The notes: generated by a model from the letters alone, not told the origin. A stretch of DNA of 64,000 nucleotides from Candidatus Poribacteria bacterium (GCA_964291315.2 OZ219753.1:1056001-1120000), one strand, 5' to 3'; shown: positions 38,701 to 49,096, counted from the stretch's first letter. A program made the numbers and translations.

Positions 38701-40740
38701 CTAACCCGGGGCGAAGTCGTAGATCGGTTCCCGAATAATCACGCTTAGGACGCTCCAGAATGCCCCGACGCAATATTCGCCGAGGATAACCCCGAAAAAG
38801 AAGAGTACCATCGTTCGATACGTTCCCGGCCCCCCGAATCGGAGTGCCATCCACTTGAGGAAACTACTAATAATTAGACAGCTCCAAAAGTAGCCGACAC
38901 CGAAGGTCATAGAGATAGGATAGCCTGCGGGATGTAGGGGCCACCAGATGAAACGCATCCGCATGAACATTAAGAGGAACGTGAAACCCATACCGCCCGC
39001 CATAAATGCCATTGCCGGAACGTTTGGATCGCGTGGGAAGGCGAACAGACCGGCCAGCCAACCGAACTGCCCGATATGTCCAACCGAGGGGCCAATGCCG
39101 CCGCCTGCACCGGTAACTGCCCCGCCGAGACGGTAGAGTTCGCTCAGTGTTGCCCAAAATGAAGCCAGAGACCCCAGGATCAGAGAAATGACCATGGCAA
39201 GTACCAGGCGTTTCGTATTCATATTGGCGCGTTCCGCCATTTTGAAGGCTTCAAGTTGATGCGGCATAATGTGTTCACGATAACCACGACCGCTGAAGAA
39301 CCAAAAATACGGAAAGACCGTGAGATTGTTGGGGCCAATACGGCGCGTCCCCAAAATGTTGATTAAGAATTGTTGGGCGTTGCACATCCCTGCCATCTCA
39401 TGCGCTGGAGGCCCAAGCTCCGCGCGCACGCGCGTGATAGCCACCGAGATCGCAAAAAAGAAGGCGAAGAAAGGCAATATAATCGGGAGCGTCATTCCTG
39501 CCCTCAGACAGAACCAAATAATATAGAGACTCGCGACGAGAATGAGCAGCAGTGCGGTTCGGTAGCGAATAGGCTCTCGTGAATCATCAATCGCCCCGGG
39601 CATCCCTAAGATTGTGCGGAAAACGTTCGCAATATGCTTGCGGGTTACAATCAGCGCGATCACAAAAATCGCCATCCAGCCGCCGATAGACTGTTCACTC
39701 CCGTAGGGAAAGGGCGCTGGAATTGCAAGCAGGCTCCCTGCAACGCGCTGGAGTTTCTCAAATATGTAGAAAAACCACAAAGAAAACGAAAGGTCAAGCG
39801 GTAAAAGGAAACCTAAGCCGATGACAAAGGGGTAGAGCGGCACCGGGATATTGCCGACAGCGTTCCATGGTTTTTCGGTGAAAAATGCACCCCAGTTCCG
39901 AGCGTTATGCCGGACGCTGAAATCAGGGAGTATTGGAAAGAAGTGTGCCAAGCCGTGCCAGATGTTCACGGCTGCAGCAATGATGAACCCGTACCACAGC
40001 ACACGATTTCGGAAAAGCTGAGCCGCACCGCCTTTCTCTGTAATCGCCATTGGAAGTTGAATAATCGGATACGCTAATTTTTCATGCTCCGTCCACTGTT
40101 TCCGAATCAGCACATTCAGGCAGATCATAATAGTACCGAGAGCAAGAACCAGAGAGGTCCACCACAACGTCGGCATGATCCACGCACCACCAATCTTGGC
40201 GTTATAAAAAGGCGTATTGCCCTCGTAGAAACCGCGGATAATTTCCTTGTCCGCAACAACAAGATGCGGGGGAATGTAAGTGTGGAACATGTCCGCCCAG
40301 TCGTTCTCAATCGTCGCGAACCAGAAAGCATGCGGAAGTGCCGGAATCGTTAAAGCCAAGGTATCGTGACCTGCCAAACCAGACGCTATGGAGAGCATGG
40401 CGTAGATCGTAATCATCTCCCCTTGTGTTAACGCTGACCTCGGAGCAACACGCTTTAGGAATAGGTTGATTAAGATCAGAAAAAAAATATTGAGGACAAC
40501 ATTCCAGAATAGAGAAATAGTCGTCGGATGTCCCGAGTGCCAAACACATTCAACTTCGATGACCCAAAAGACGTTGGGCGGAATTAAAAAGATGGCAATA
40601 AGTATGGCGCGCCAGGTGACACCAGACCCACGCCGCTCGTTTCGTTGATCTAAATTTTCCACAGTTAATTCTTCACTTTCTTTGTCGCAGTCAGCCGTTG
40701 GTGATTGACTATCAGCACTTTGAGAAGCAAACCTACACAT
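38701..40740 (-). CDS. DUF6785/DUF6784-like putative transporter (paralog)
   Basis: GVTWRAILI, RKQWTEHEKLAYPII, TRVRAELG, WPLHPAGY; true start perhaps GTG 40662. Confidence 0.75.
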   Translation of the reverse strand: MCRFASQSADSQSPTADCDKESEELTVENLDQRNERRGSGVTWRAILIAIFLIPPNVFWVIEVECVWHSGHPTTISLFWNVVLNIFFLILINLFLKRVAPRSALTQGEMITIYAMLSIASGLAGHDTLALTIPALPHAFWFATIENDWADMFHTYIPPHLVVADKEIIRGFYEGNTPFYNAKIGGAWIMPTLWWTSLVLALGTIMICLNVLIRKQWTEHEKLAYPIIQLPMAITEKGGAAQLFRNRVLWYGFIIAAAVNIWHGLAHFFPILPDFSVRHNARNWGAFFTEKPWNAVGNIPVPLYPFVIGLGFLLPLDLSFSLWFFYIFEKLQRVAGSLLAIPAPFPYGSEQSIGGWMAIFVIALIVTRKHIANVFRTILGMPGAIDDSREPIRYRTALLLILVASLYIIWFCLRAGMTLPIILPFFAFFFAISVAITRVRAELGPPAHEMAGMCNAQQFLINILGTRRIGPNNLTVFPYFWFFSGRGYREHIMPHQLEAFKMAERANMNTKRLVLAMVISLILGSLASFWATLSELYRLGGAVTGAGGGIGPSVGHIGQFGWLAGLFAFPRDPNVPAMAFMAGGMGFTFLLMFMRMRFIWWPLHPAGYPISMTFGVGYFWSCLIISSFLKWMALRFGGPGTYRTMVLFFFGVILGEYCVGAFWSVLSVIIREPIYDFAPG

Positions 40741-40790
40741 GAGTTCGCTTGACTGAATTACTAGCGGCTGACTGCTGATAGCCGTTCGTT
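40687..40790. repeat. small palindromic REP/MITE-like element
   Basis: GCAGTCAGCCG (40687) / CGGCTGACTGC (40765) perfect 11-bp inverted repeat plus CTATCAGCA/TGCTGATAG. Confidence 0.55.
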
Positions 40791-42333
40791 AGAAGTGTGT
40801 AGGAGGTTCGAGTTCCTTCAATTCCCACAAAATGTGTCCAAATTCAGACGCCCCCGCAGCGTTACCGCTAACCAGCTCCGCGTCAATCCCCCATGCCAAT
40901 TTGTAAGCCGCGAGGATCTGTGTCAGTGAACTTTCTACGCTGCCATGACAGAGCAGGGCAGCAGTGCCACCGCCGCCGCCACCCGTAATTTTAGCACCGT
41001 AGATACCGCCGCGTTTCCCGATCTTCCAAGCGATATCTACGAGACCATCAACTTCAGGAGAACCAAGTCCAGCCAAGTCACGATAACTCACGTTGGATTC
41101 GTACATCAGGCTCCCCGCCTCTTCAAGATAGCCAGAAGTGTTCACTGGATCTTTATCTACGTTTTTTAGAGCTGTTATGAACTGCTGAACGCGTGCATTC
41201 TCATAAACAGCATGTTCTACTCGGTTTTTCACGACATAGGTCTTCTCGGGCTCTACCTGTGTAGCTGTATCAACGGTTTCACCGTACCTTTCAAGAAACA
41301 CCTTACCCTTTATCTTTGCAGGCAGAAGGTGCTCACACTGGTTGTGAAAATCTTGTACAGAAAGATTGCACAAGTAGTTATCCGCTAATGCCTCCGATAT
41401 TTTGCGAGCTTGATTGTCTAATTTATGCCCCGAGCTCTCTTCTACAAGAACCGTATCTGACGCAAAAGCTGCTTTGAGGATAGTCAACCCGATAAAAGTC
41501 CCGATGCGTGTGTCAATATAGGCATCACTCGCGGTGCTCCTATGCACCTTCGTGTAGATGCCGACAAAGCTCACATTTGACGGAAGTGACATGAATTCCA
41601 GAATCTCAGCAGGTTGACAGAGCAGTGAGAGAATCTTTGTCGACCGGCCTGCGACAGAGGTTACCTGATCCATAATGCCACAAGGAGCACCGACAATCCG
41701 GTTCTCAACGGTTTGTGCCAGTCCTGCGATCTCCATCATGTCTAGCTCTAAATTATAAAGTTCATTGAGCACCATCAACGTTGCAACCTCAATGGCTGCA
41801 GAGGATGCTATGCCGCCCCCCATCGGAATATTGCTATTGATAACAATAGTCCCACCGTGTGGAAATCGGTCAATTTTTCCCTCCTGAAGAAGTACATAAA
41901 ATGCCCCGAGTATGTACCCTGCCCAGGCTGTCTTAGGGTCTTTTTTAAAGCATTCTCGGACCTCCGGATACGTTTTAAGGGTGCTACCAGCATAGAAATT
42001 ATCAAGTGAGAGATAAAAATGAGGTCTCAATTTGCTCCCGGCGTTGAGCGTAACCGCACACAGCTTTCTATCATCTCTGGCCTGCCCCGCGGCGATCGCA
42101 TTTCGATTCAGCGTCATCTCAAGTACGTTCGCACCACAGTAATCGGCGATGCCGCCCATGATATCGAGCCTCGCGGGCGCACAAGCTACAATTATCCTTC
42201 CCCTTTTCTGTAGACCATGCGAAAAGAAAAGCTCTGGCGAGTCGTCCTGTAACAGGTATTCCAACTCAGAGACCTGAAAAGGTTGCACCCTGGGGCCGTG
42301 GAGTTTTTCAACTTTCATCTGTCTTAATTCCAA
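40789..42333 (-). CDS. GHMP kinase, L-arabinokinase/galactokinase-like
   Basis: APARLDIMGGIADY, PMGGGIASSAA, CGIMDQ, GAKITGGGGGG. Confidence 0.85.
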   Translation of the reverse strand: MELRQMKVEKLHGPRVQPFQVSELEYLLQDDSPELFFSHGLQKRGRIIVACAPARLDIMGGIADYCGANVLEMTLNRNAIAAGQARDDRKLCAVTLNAGSKLRPHFYLSLDNFYAGSTLKTYPEVRECFKKDPKTAWAGYILGAFYVLLQEGKIDRFPHGGTIVINSNIPMGGGIASSAAIEVATLMVLNELYNLELDMMEIAGLAQTVENRIVGAPCGIMDQVTSVAGRSTKILSLLCQPAEILEFMSLPSNVSFVGIYTKVHRSTASDAYIDTRIGTFIGLTILKAAFASDTVLVEESSGHKLDNQARKISEALADNYLCNLSVQDFHNQCEHLLPAKIKGKVFLERYGETVDTATQVEPEKTYVVKNRVEHAVYENARVQQFITALKNVDKDPVNTSGYLEEAGSLMYESNVSYRDLAGLGSPEVDGLVDIAWKIGKRGGIYGAKITGGGGGGTAALLCHGSVESSLTQILAAYKLAWGIDAELVSGNAAGASEFGHILWELKELEPPTHF

Positions 42334-42425
42334 GCTATTCCGTTTATCAATCTCTTGTCACAGAGGTTCACTGGTTCCTTCTGGGATCAGGAAAAAGTTT
42401 CGATAGGATCCGGCAGCCAAAAGAA

Positions 42426-43760
42426 TCACGGAACCTGAACAACTCGTTCCTCGAATTCAGAGCGCTCAATCTGCTTAAGAGTGTTTTGCCCTCGCTTTTC
42501 ATAAAAAGTCCAGCGGTCAGGCTTCTTCTCATTAGCGAATATGCCGAAGAGGGCATCAGTAACTGCTAGATACGATTGTAACTGTTCTACGCCGGGCCCT
42601 ATATATCCAATTTTCTTGCATTCCGCAATAGCTAGCAGTTTTTTTTTCCCATCAGTAAGCACAACGTCAGCTCTCCCGGTATAGGATCCCATCTGAATTT
42701 CATATTGTAGTTCTATAGAATATTTGGGAAATTGCCTCCTAAAATAGCCCACAACAGCCCGTTCGACCACAACTTCACTTGGTACTTCATTTAGACTGCC
42801 TATAGGTAAGTAATTAAAAAGCAGATTTTGCTCTACAGGTATTACTTTGGTCTTATAGGTTTTATAGGGAATTTTACCGTAAGTACCATTGGGCCGAACA
42901 GCCTCTAATACATCGTCTACTTCGTCAATAAGGATCGCGCCATTTTTGATTAATTCATGACACCCTCTTGAACGTTCCGAGAGAATCTGGCCAGGGACTG
43001 CAAACACCTTTCGTCCTTGCTTGTGTGCGTGTTTGGCTGTTATAAGCGATCCACTGTCTATGGGTGCTTCCACTACGATTGTGCCGAGCGTTAAGCCGCT
43101 AATGATACGGTTACGTATTGGAAAATTTTTCCTTTTTGGAGGCGTGTCCATCGGGAATTCAGAGATAAACGCCCCAGATCGTGCGATTTGTTCAGCGAGA
43201 TCAGAATGCTCAGCGGGGTAGATAGTGCTTAACCCGTTCCCCAAAACCGCGATCGTTCTACCGCCGCCATCAAGCGCACCGCGGTGTGCGCAAGCATCAA
43301 TGCCTTTTGCCAATCCGCTGACCACCGTCGTTCCTCTTTTGGCGAGTTGAGAACTGAGCCGATAGCTTACTCGCCGCCCGTAATCCTGTGCCTCCCGAGG
43401 GCCAACTATGGAGATACTGCGCATATCCTCGGGCTTCAATTCGCCTTTAACATAGAGCACCGGCGGTGGAGAATTAATGTTTTTTAGAAGCAGTGGATAC
43501 GCGTCATCGTAAAACGTTAGGATACTGCACCGATGTTGGCGAATAAGCTCTAACTCACGTTCTAGTGGATAGTGAACCAACCTAAAACCCGCAGGTATAG
43601 TGCCACCAATCTTCTGAAGTTCCTCCTGTATCTCCGCATCTGATGCTTTCAGCACTGCTACAGCACTGCCAAAAGCTTCAACCAATTGCCGAACTGTTTT
43701 CGAACCCACTCCCTGCATCAAGTTGAGATGAATTAGACCTATTGTTTCATCCGATAACAC
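42426..43760 (-). CDS. dprA: DNA-processing protein DprA fused to a C-terminal HsdR-N-like nuclease domain
   Basis: PPVLYVKG, VSGLAKGIDACAH, FPIRNRIISGL, SGSLITA, VFAVPG; C-terminus RADVVL...AIAECKK...EQLQSY. Confidence 0.85.
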   Translation of the reverse strand: MLSDETIGLIHLNLMQGVGSKTVRQLVEAFGSAVAVLKASDAEIQEELQKIGGTIPAGFRLVHYPLERELELIRQHRCSILTFYDDAYPLLLKNINSPPPVLYVKGELKPEDMRSISIVGPREAQDYGRRVSYRLSSQLAKRGTTVVSGLAKGIDACAHRGALDGGGRTIAVLGNGLSTIYPAEHSDLAEQIARSGAFISEFPMDTPPKRKNFPIRNRIISGLTLGTIVVEAPIDSGSLITAKHAHKQGRKVFAVPGQILSERSRGCHELIKNGAILIDEVDDVLEAVRPNGTYGKIPYKTYKTKVIPVEQNLLFNYLPIGSLNEVPSEVVVERAVVGYFRRQFPKYSIELQYEIQMGSYTGRADVVLTDGKKKLLAIAECKKIGYIGPGVEQLQSYLAVTDALFGIFANEKKPDRWTFYEKRGQNTLKQIERSEFEERVVQVP

Positions 43761-43905
43761 GATGTTGATCCTAGTAACACGCTCCGAGTTTCACTCGAAG
43801 AGTCAAGGTTTGCTATCATGTTATGTCAACTGGGTTAATTTATCAACTCTTTTTATTTTTGGACTTATACGGATTAATCCGGGTCGCCGCATGAGAAACA
43901 AGCCT

Positions 43906-45510
43906 CTAAGGATTGACGACCCTAACATCTTCTCCATCTTTCAGCGAGTGTTGTCCTGCCGTAACGACAGCCTCTCCTTCCATAAGCCCACTCAATACTT
44001 CAGCATCACTGCCCCGCAGCAGACCAATTTCCACTGTGCGCCGCCGGCTAACACTGTCTTCAACGATAAAGATATTTTGTGTTTTGGTAGCGGTATCATC
44101 AATCAGTGAAGCACGCGGAATCAGAAGAGCATCCGTATTCACTTTAACAGGCACGGTGACTTTCGCAAACATTCCCGGCTTGAGAATCCCCTGCGGATTC
44201 TCAATAAGAACCTCAGCGGTGGCGGTTCGTCGAGCCGCTTGTAGCGTAGGACTAATAAAAGTAATAATACCTGACAGCGGCGTATCTATACCCTCGATCT
44301 CTATTGTTGCCTCCCGATCCAGCCCTAATTGGCTCAACTGCGTCTCTATAACATCAACAGTGGCAGTGACAGTATCAGTATTAACAATCTCAAAAATTGG
44401 CGCTGCCGGAAGCGCCATCCCACCTAAATCTAAGTAGCATTTGGAGATGATCCCAGAAATCGGCGCGTAAATTGTGGCATCCTTTAAACGCTTTTGAGCA
44501 AGTTTGACGGCGATGTGTGCTTGGGTCCGCGCAGTTTTCGCCGCCGTAATCTCTCCCTCCCAACTTCTTGCAGTCTCTAAGGCCTTGGCGGTCTGCAGTC
44601 CAGCACGGGCGGTTTCTACCTGTGAATGTGCGAGTTCAATGTCTTTTTCCCAGGTTCTTGTAGCAAATTGGGTTTCTGCCAATCTGAGAGAAGCCTCTGC
44701 TTGCTCAACCTGCGCCTCCATGGCCTGCACATCCTCAACACGCGCACCGTTATCTATCAGTTGGAGCTGCTCCGTAGCAATCCTATGCTGTGCTACAGCG
44801 ATGTCCAACTGCGTCTTCGCGCTCTCAAGAGATTGCTGGCTAATCGCCCCGTTCTCGTAGAGGCGCGCCATCCGATCATAATTGCTCCTAACGTTACTGA
44901 GATTCGCGTCGGCTTGGCTTAGACCCGCTTCTGCTTGCCTCCGGTCTTCATCGCGGGCCCCGCTTTTAATCTTCTGAAGATTAGCGACAAGTGATTCTAA
45001 TGCTGCCTGAGCCTGTTCTATCTGTGTGACTATTCGGACTTCAGAGAGGTCAACTACCTGTTGGCGTGCAATTTCTGCGGCGCGAAGTTGTGCTTCTGCT
45101 TGGATAACTTGTGAATGCACCCTGACTTCCGCAAGCTGTTGTGCTTGCGAATAGGCGATGTCCGCCGATTCTAGCACAGCTTCTGATTGTTCCACTGCAA
45201 GTTGTAACTCTTCGTACTCCACAGTGGCGAGCGGCGCATCCCTTTGCACACGGTCCCCTTCATCCACATTTAAGGTAACAAGCCGTCCAGCAATCTTCGG
45301 GTAAACGCTGACTTGGGATTCTGCTTGAATCGTTCCAGACAGCTGATGCTCTAAACGAATCTCACCTCGTTTGACTTTTGTGATTTCTACCGGCTTAAGC
45401 GTGACAACCGAGGCTTGTTGAGACACCGGTTTTTGACCTTGCATGAACCTGGGTACAGCCAAAACTGCGACCGCTAATAATATGCCGATACCTATCAGTA
45501 CTTTCTTCAT
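43906..45510 (-). CDS. efflux RND periplasmic adaptor (MFP)
   Basis: Lipoyl-like halves flanking a long coiled coil; LKPGMFA; GL..GE.VVT.G. Confidence 0.9.
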   Translation of the reverse strand: MKKVLIGIGILLAVAVLAVPRFMQGQKPVSQQASVVTLKPVEITKVKRGEIRLEHQLSGTIQAESQVSVYPKIAGRLVTLNVDEGDRVQRDAPLATVEYEELQLAVEQSEAVLESADIAYSQAQQLAEVRVHSQVIQAEAQLRAAEIARQQVVDLSEVRIVTQIEQAQAALESLVANLQKIKSGARDEDRRQAEAGLSQADANLSNVRSNYDRMARLYENGAISQQSLESAKTQLDIAVAQHRIATEQLQLIDNGARVEDVQAMEAQVEQAEASLRLAETQFATRTWEKDIELAHSQVETARAGLQTAKALETARSWEGEITAAKTARTQAHIAVKLAQKRLKDATIYAPISGIISKCYLDLGGMALPAAPIFEIVNTDTVTATVDVIETQLSQLGLDREATIEIEGIDTPLSGIITFISPTLQAARRTATAEVLIENPQGILKPGMFAKVTVPVKVNTDALLIPRASLIDDTATKTQNIFIVEDSVSRRRTVEIGLLRGSDAEVLSGLMEGEAVVTAGQHSLKDGEDVRVVNP

Positions 45511-45544
45511 TTTTTCTCCTTATAACCGGCCTCGTTAGGCAATT

Positions 45545-45642
45545 GTATCTGTTTTATAGCCGTTCGTTCTCGGATGTTTTTTATCACTGCACATGCTTCG
45601 TAGACCATGACGTATCTGTTTTATAGCTGTTAGTTCTCGGAT
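45545..45642. repeat. two 31-bp direct repeats separated by 36 bp
   Basis: GTATCTGTTTTATAGCCGTTCGTTCTCGGAT vs GTATCTGTTTTATAGCTGTTAGTTCTCGGAT (29/31). Confidence 0.85.
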
Positions 45643-45681
45643 CCGTAGCTATCAGTAAGTAGTTGTAGGCTTGCGGTTATT

Positions 45682-47085
45682 CTATTGCAGCGCTTGTCCT
45701 ACCGCTTTTTCCAACCTCGTCAAGCCGACCACGTAATCGTGATGTGCTTGGAGACGGTTAACTTCTGCTTGAGCAAGGGCAAGTTGCGTGTCAGTCAACG
45801 CAACCGTGGTAATAATACCATTTTCGAACTGTAGGTTCGCAATTCGGACGCTCTCCCGGGCTTGAGCAACGGCCTCACGTTGAACATCGATAAGCGTTTG
45901 CGCACTCAAGAGGTTAAGATAGGCAGCCCGGACCTCCAATTCGACACCCGATTTAACTTGGTTTCCACCTAACTGAACCTGTTTTAGAGCGTATTCCGTT
46001 TGTTGCACAGCCGCACTCGTTGCGAAGCCATCGAAAATCGGAATATTAATTTGGAAACCGACGCTCCATATCCTATTCATTTCGGTTAGTCTTTCATTCC
46101 GTGAAATTTGGTAGTTTGAGAACAGACCGAGATCAGGAAGGTGCCGAGTTTTGGCAATATCGATCTGTTTGCGAGCCGCTCGCTCGCTCAGCTGCGTGCG
46201 ATGCACCTCAGGCCGGTTTTCAAGCGCCCGTTGTACCAATTCGTCGAGATTTAACGCCAGTCTTTGGCGGTCTCCCGGTATTTCGAGGGTACCGTCGACA
46301 GTTACATCTCCAGCAATCGGTATGTTAAGCACTGTTTTATAAGTGTTTTTAGAAATGCGGACCCCATTCTCGGCCCGAATGAGACCCGACTTGGCGTTCG
46401 CAAGTTGCACCTTCGCGCGAAGCACATCAAAATCAGTCGCCGCACCAACCTCAACGGATGCTTCTGCGATTCCAAGCTGCTTTTCGACGAGTGAGACACT
46501 CTGTTGGGCAACCCTGACGAACTCCTGCGCAACCAAAGCGCTATAAAAAGCCTCGGATACGTCTAAACGAAGTTGGTTATAAGCCGCATCAACCTCGCGC
46601 TGAGTTGCTTCGTAATTGAGTTTAGCGGTCTGATAGCCGTAATAATAACGGCCCCAGGCAAAAACTGGCTGTGTTAGGTTGACAGTGCCTTGGAGGTTGT
46701 GATGTGCCCCAAATTCCAATTCGATCAACTCTGCCTCATTCTCCACACTAGGGGGCGGCATTTCATTCATCTCTCCGCCCGGCATGGGAAACCCAAAACC
46801 ACCCTCAGCTCGGATTACTGATTTTTGAACATCTTTGAAATAGGTGTAGTTACCATTAGCTGTAACACGAGGTAAAAGCCCTCCAAGAGCAGCGCGAACT
46901 TGTGACTCGGCAGCTTTCAGGTTTTGCTCAGCAATCTGAATGGCCAAATTGCTTTCCTTGGCAATTTCGATGCTTTCTTCTAATGTTAAAACTTTAGGTT
47001 CCCGCGCCGTAGCAGAAAAGTTTAGTAAGAGTAATAGCAAGGCTCCGCCAACACCGACGAAATGGCAGAACCGCGGTAGATGCAT
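45682..47085 (-). CDS. TolC-family outer-membrane efflux protein
   Basis: LTLEESIEIA..N, two OEP repeats, INIPIFDG. Confidence 0.9.
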   Translation of the reverse strand: MHLPRFCHFVGVGGALLLLLLNFSATAREPKVLTLEESIEIAKESNLAIQIAEQNLKAAESQVRAALGGLLPRVTANGNYTYFKDVQKSVIRAEGGFGFPMPGGEMNEMPPPSVENEAELIELEFGAHHNLQGTVNLTQPVFAWGRYYYGYQTAKLNYEATQREVDAAYNQLRLDVSEAFYSALVAQEFVRVAQQSVSLVEKQLGIAEASVEVGAATDFDVLRAKVQLANAKSGLIRAENGVRISKNTYKTVLNIPIAGDVTVDGTLEIPGDRQRLALNLDELVQRALENRPEVHRTQLSERAARKQIDIAKTRHLPDLGLFSNYQISRNERLTEMNRIWSVGFQINIPIFDGFATSAAVQQTEYALKQVQLGGNQVKSGVELEVRAAYLNLLSAQTLIDVQREAVAQARESVRIANLQFENGIITTVALTDTQLALAQAEVNRLQAHHDYVVGLTRLEKAVGQALQ

Positions 47086-47206
47086 CGTGGTCGTATCCTC
47101 CGGGATTTAGGTAAAGGCGTTTTCCACAAAAGTTCGCCTCTGTGAGTAACATTTATGAAATAGGTAGACAATCGATCTTACCCACCTATAATTAGGGAAA
47201 CAAAAT

Positions 47207-49096
47207 TTAATAACGGATGATGGTGGTACCATCGCCAACTGCCCAAATTTGCCCGCTTGGAGTTTTAACGAGATCCCATAGATCGCTTTCCGTAGGTGAT
47301 TTTTGCGTCAGCCAAGTGACTCCTCCATCGGTTGTGTGGAGAATTGAACCTCTTTCCCCAGCTGCCCAACCTTCATTAGCATCGCGGAAGAGAACAGCAT
47401 TGAGGTTTGCATCCGTAGGTACCGTCTGATCAATCCATGTAGCTCCACCGTCGGTTGTCGCCATAATGGTACCTTGATCACCAGCAATCCAAGCTGTCTG
47501 ATCGCTAACGGCGTAGACATCGTTCAACTTCGGCCCTTGCAAGATAGAGATCCAGTTTTGTCCACCATCCATAGTTTTCGCAATAGTTCCCGCGTCTCCA
47601 ACTATCCATCCAATATTGTCGTCTATGAAGTGGACACCGTAGAGATTATTAAAACCTGCACCTGTCATCATTGGATCCATCTCTTGTCCATGCCATGTCT
47701 GCCCCGCGTCTTTTGTATGCATAACGCGTCCGGTTTCACCGACCGCCCAAGCGTGTGTTGACGTTCCGAAGCTCATCCCGTAGGATCCCATCGCGCTCCG
47801 CCAACTCATTACACCTTCAAAAATGATGCGCTCAGCCGTGCCGTGCCCCTCATCACCCGGATCACTAACCCCGTGCCACGTTTTCCCGCCATCGAGCGTT
47901 TCCGCCAATGCTGCATTACTTCCAACAATATACCCCTTGTTTTCATCAACGAATCCAACACCGAAGAGCTCAAAGACATTTCCACTCGATTGCGGGTTCC
48001 AGGTTTCGCCGCCATCGTTAGTGTGGAGAACACTTCCTGATAAACCGACTGCCCAACCAACGTTGTCATCGTGGAAATGCACACTCCGTAGATGACTCGA
48101 ACTAGAGATGACATCCCAAGTATCGCCCCCATCGGTTGTGTGTAGGATGGTTGCGTCGTTTCCAACCATCCATGCTTCAGTTGGACTGAGCATGTGGATA
48201 CCTTGTAGGCGCGATGCCACCGGTCGATATTCAAGCGGTGTCCAAGTGGTACCACCGTCTGTTGTACGCAAAATTACACCAAATTCAGCGGCAGCAATAC
48301 CGACGTTTTCATCGACGAAATGGACATCCCAAATAGGCTCGGGCATCCCGTTAGAATGTGGGACCCTGCTCTTTTGATCTTCCCACTTTGTGCCATAAAC
48401 TGTTGCGACGATAGCTCCACCGGCCCCGACTGCCCAACCAACTTTGTCATTTAACATAAAGATAGCATCAAGTGTGTTGACTGTTGCGCTGGTTTGGAAT
48501 TTCCATGTTTCTCCTCCGTTTTTGGTATGTAGAAGCGTGCCGCCGCCACCTGCTGCCCAACCAACTGTAGGACTCACAAAATGGATCCCTTCGATTGTAT
48601 TGTTTGTATCGAGCTGCTGTTTTGTCCACGTTGTTCCGCCATTTTTGGTATGGATGATGAGCCCGCCGTCCCCGCTTGCCCAACCGTGTTGCGCATCGGC
48701 GAAAGAGACAGCTAACAAGGCAGTGAGAGTACCCGTGCTTTTTTTCATCCATGTCTGCCCGCCATCGGTCGTTTTCAGGACCGTACCGTCGTCTCCAACA
48801 ACCCAGCCGGTTTGCCGGTCGATAAAGCGGACCTTCTTTAGCACAATGTCAAATGGCAGCGGTTGACTCGGCTGTCTGTTCCAAGTCTTCCCACCGTCAA
48901 TCGTATGTAAAATTATTGAATTGCTACCTACAATCCAGCCGTGTTGCGCGTCTACAAAAAAGACATCCGAAAAGTGCGCATGCCACTCAGATTCACTCAC
49001 TTTCATCCACGCTTTTTCCGCGATCGCAAACTGCACGGTGCAGAGCAGGAACAAGGTTACTAGAATAGATAATATTTGTTCTCTTAGTTTCATCAA
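47207..49096 (-). CDS. YCF48/BNR-repeat beta-propeller secreted protein
   Basis: Many repeats of V.F.D...GW.VG..G.IL.T.DGG.TW. Confidence 0.9.
   Translation of the reverse strand: MMKLREQILSILVTLFLLCTVQFAIAEKAWMKVSESEWHAHFSDVFFVDAQHGWIVGSNSIILHTIDGGKTWNRQPSQPLPFDIVLKKVRFIDRQTGWVVGDDGTVLKTTDGGQTWMKKSTGTLTALLAVSFADAQHGWASGDGGLIIHTKNGGTTWTKQQLDTNNTIEGIHFVSPTVGWAAGGGGTLLHTKNGGETWKFQTSATVNTLDAIFMLNDKVGWAVGAGGAIVATVYGTKWEDQKSRVPHSNGMPEPIWDVHFVDENVGIAAAEFGVILRTTDGGTTWTPLEYRPVASRLQGIHMLSPTEAWMVGNDATILHTTDGGDTWDVISSSSHLRSVHFHDDNVGWAVGLSGSVLHTNDGGETWNPQSSGNVFELFGVGFVDENKGYIVGSNAALAETLDGGKTWHGVSDPGDEGHGTAERIIFEGVMSWRSAMGSYGMSFGTSTHAWAVGETGRVMHTKDAGQTWHGQEMDPMMTGAGFNNLYGVHFIDDNIGWIVGDAGTIAKTMDGGQNWISILQGPKLNDVYAVSDQTAWIAGDQGTIMATTDGGATWIDQTVPTDANLNAVLFRDANEGWAAGERGSILHTTDGGVTWLTQKSPTESDLWDLVKTPSGQIWAVGDGTTIIRY

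Noticed and set aside
42639-42647. A9 run in dprA as a phase-variation switch
   Set aside because: Gene is in frame and the run encodes a Lys stretch; nothing suggests slippage
45545-45642. CRISPR array
   Set aside because: Only two repeats, no cas genes or leader, and located inside an efflux operon
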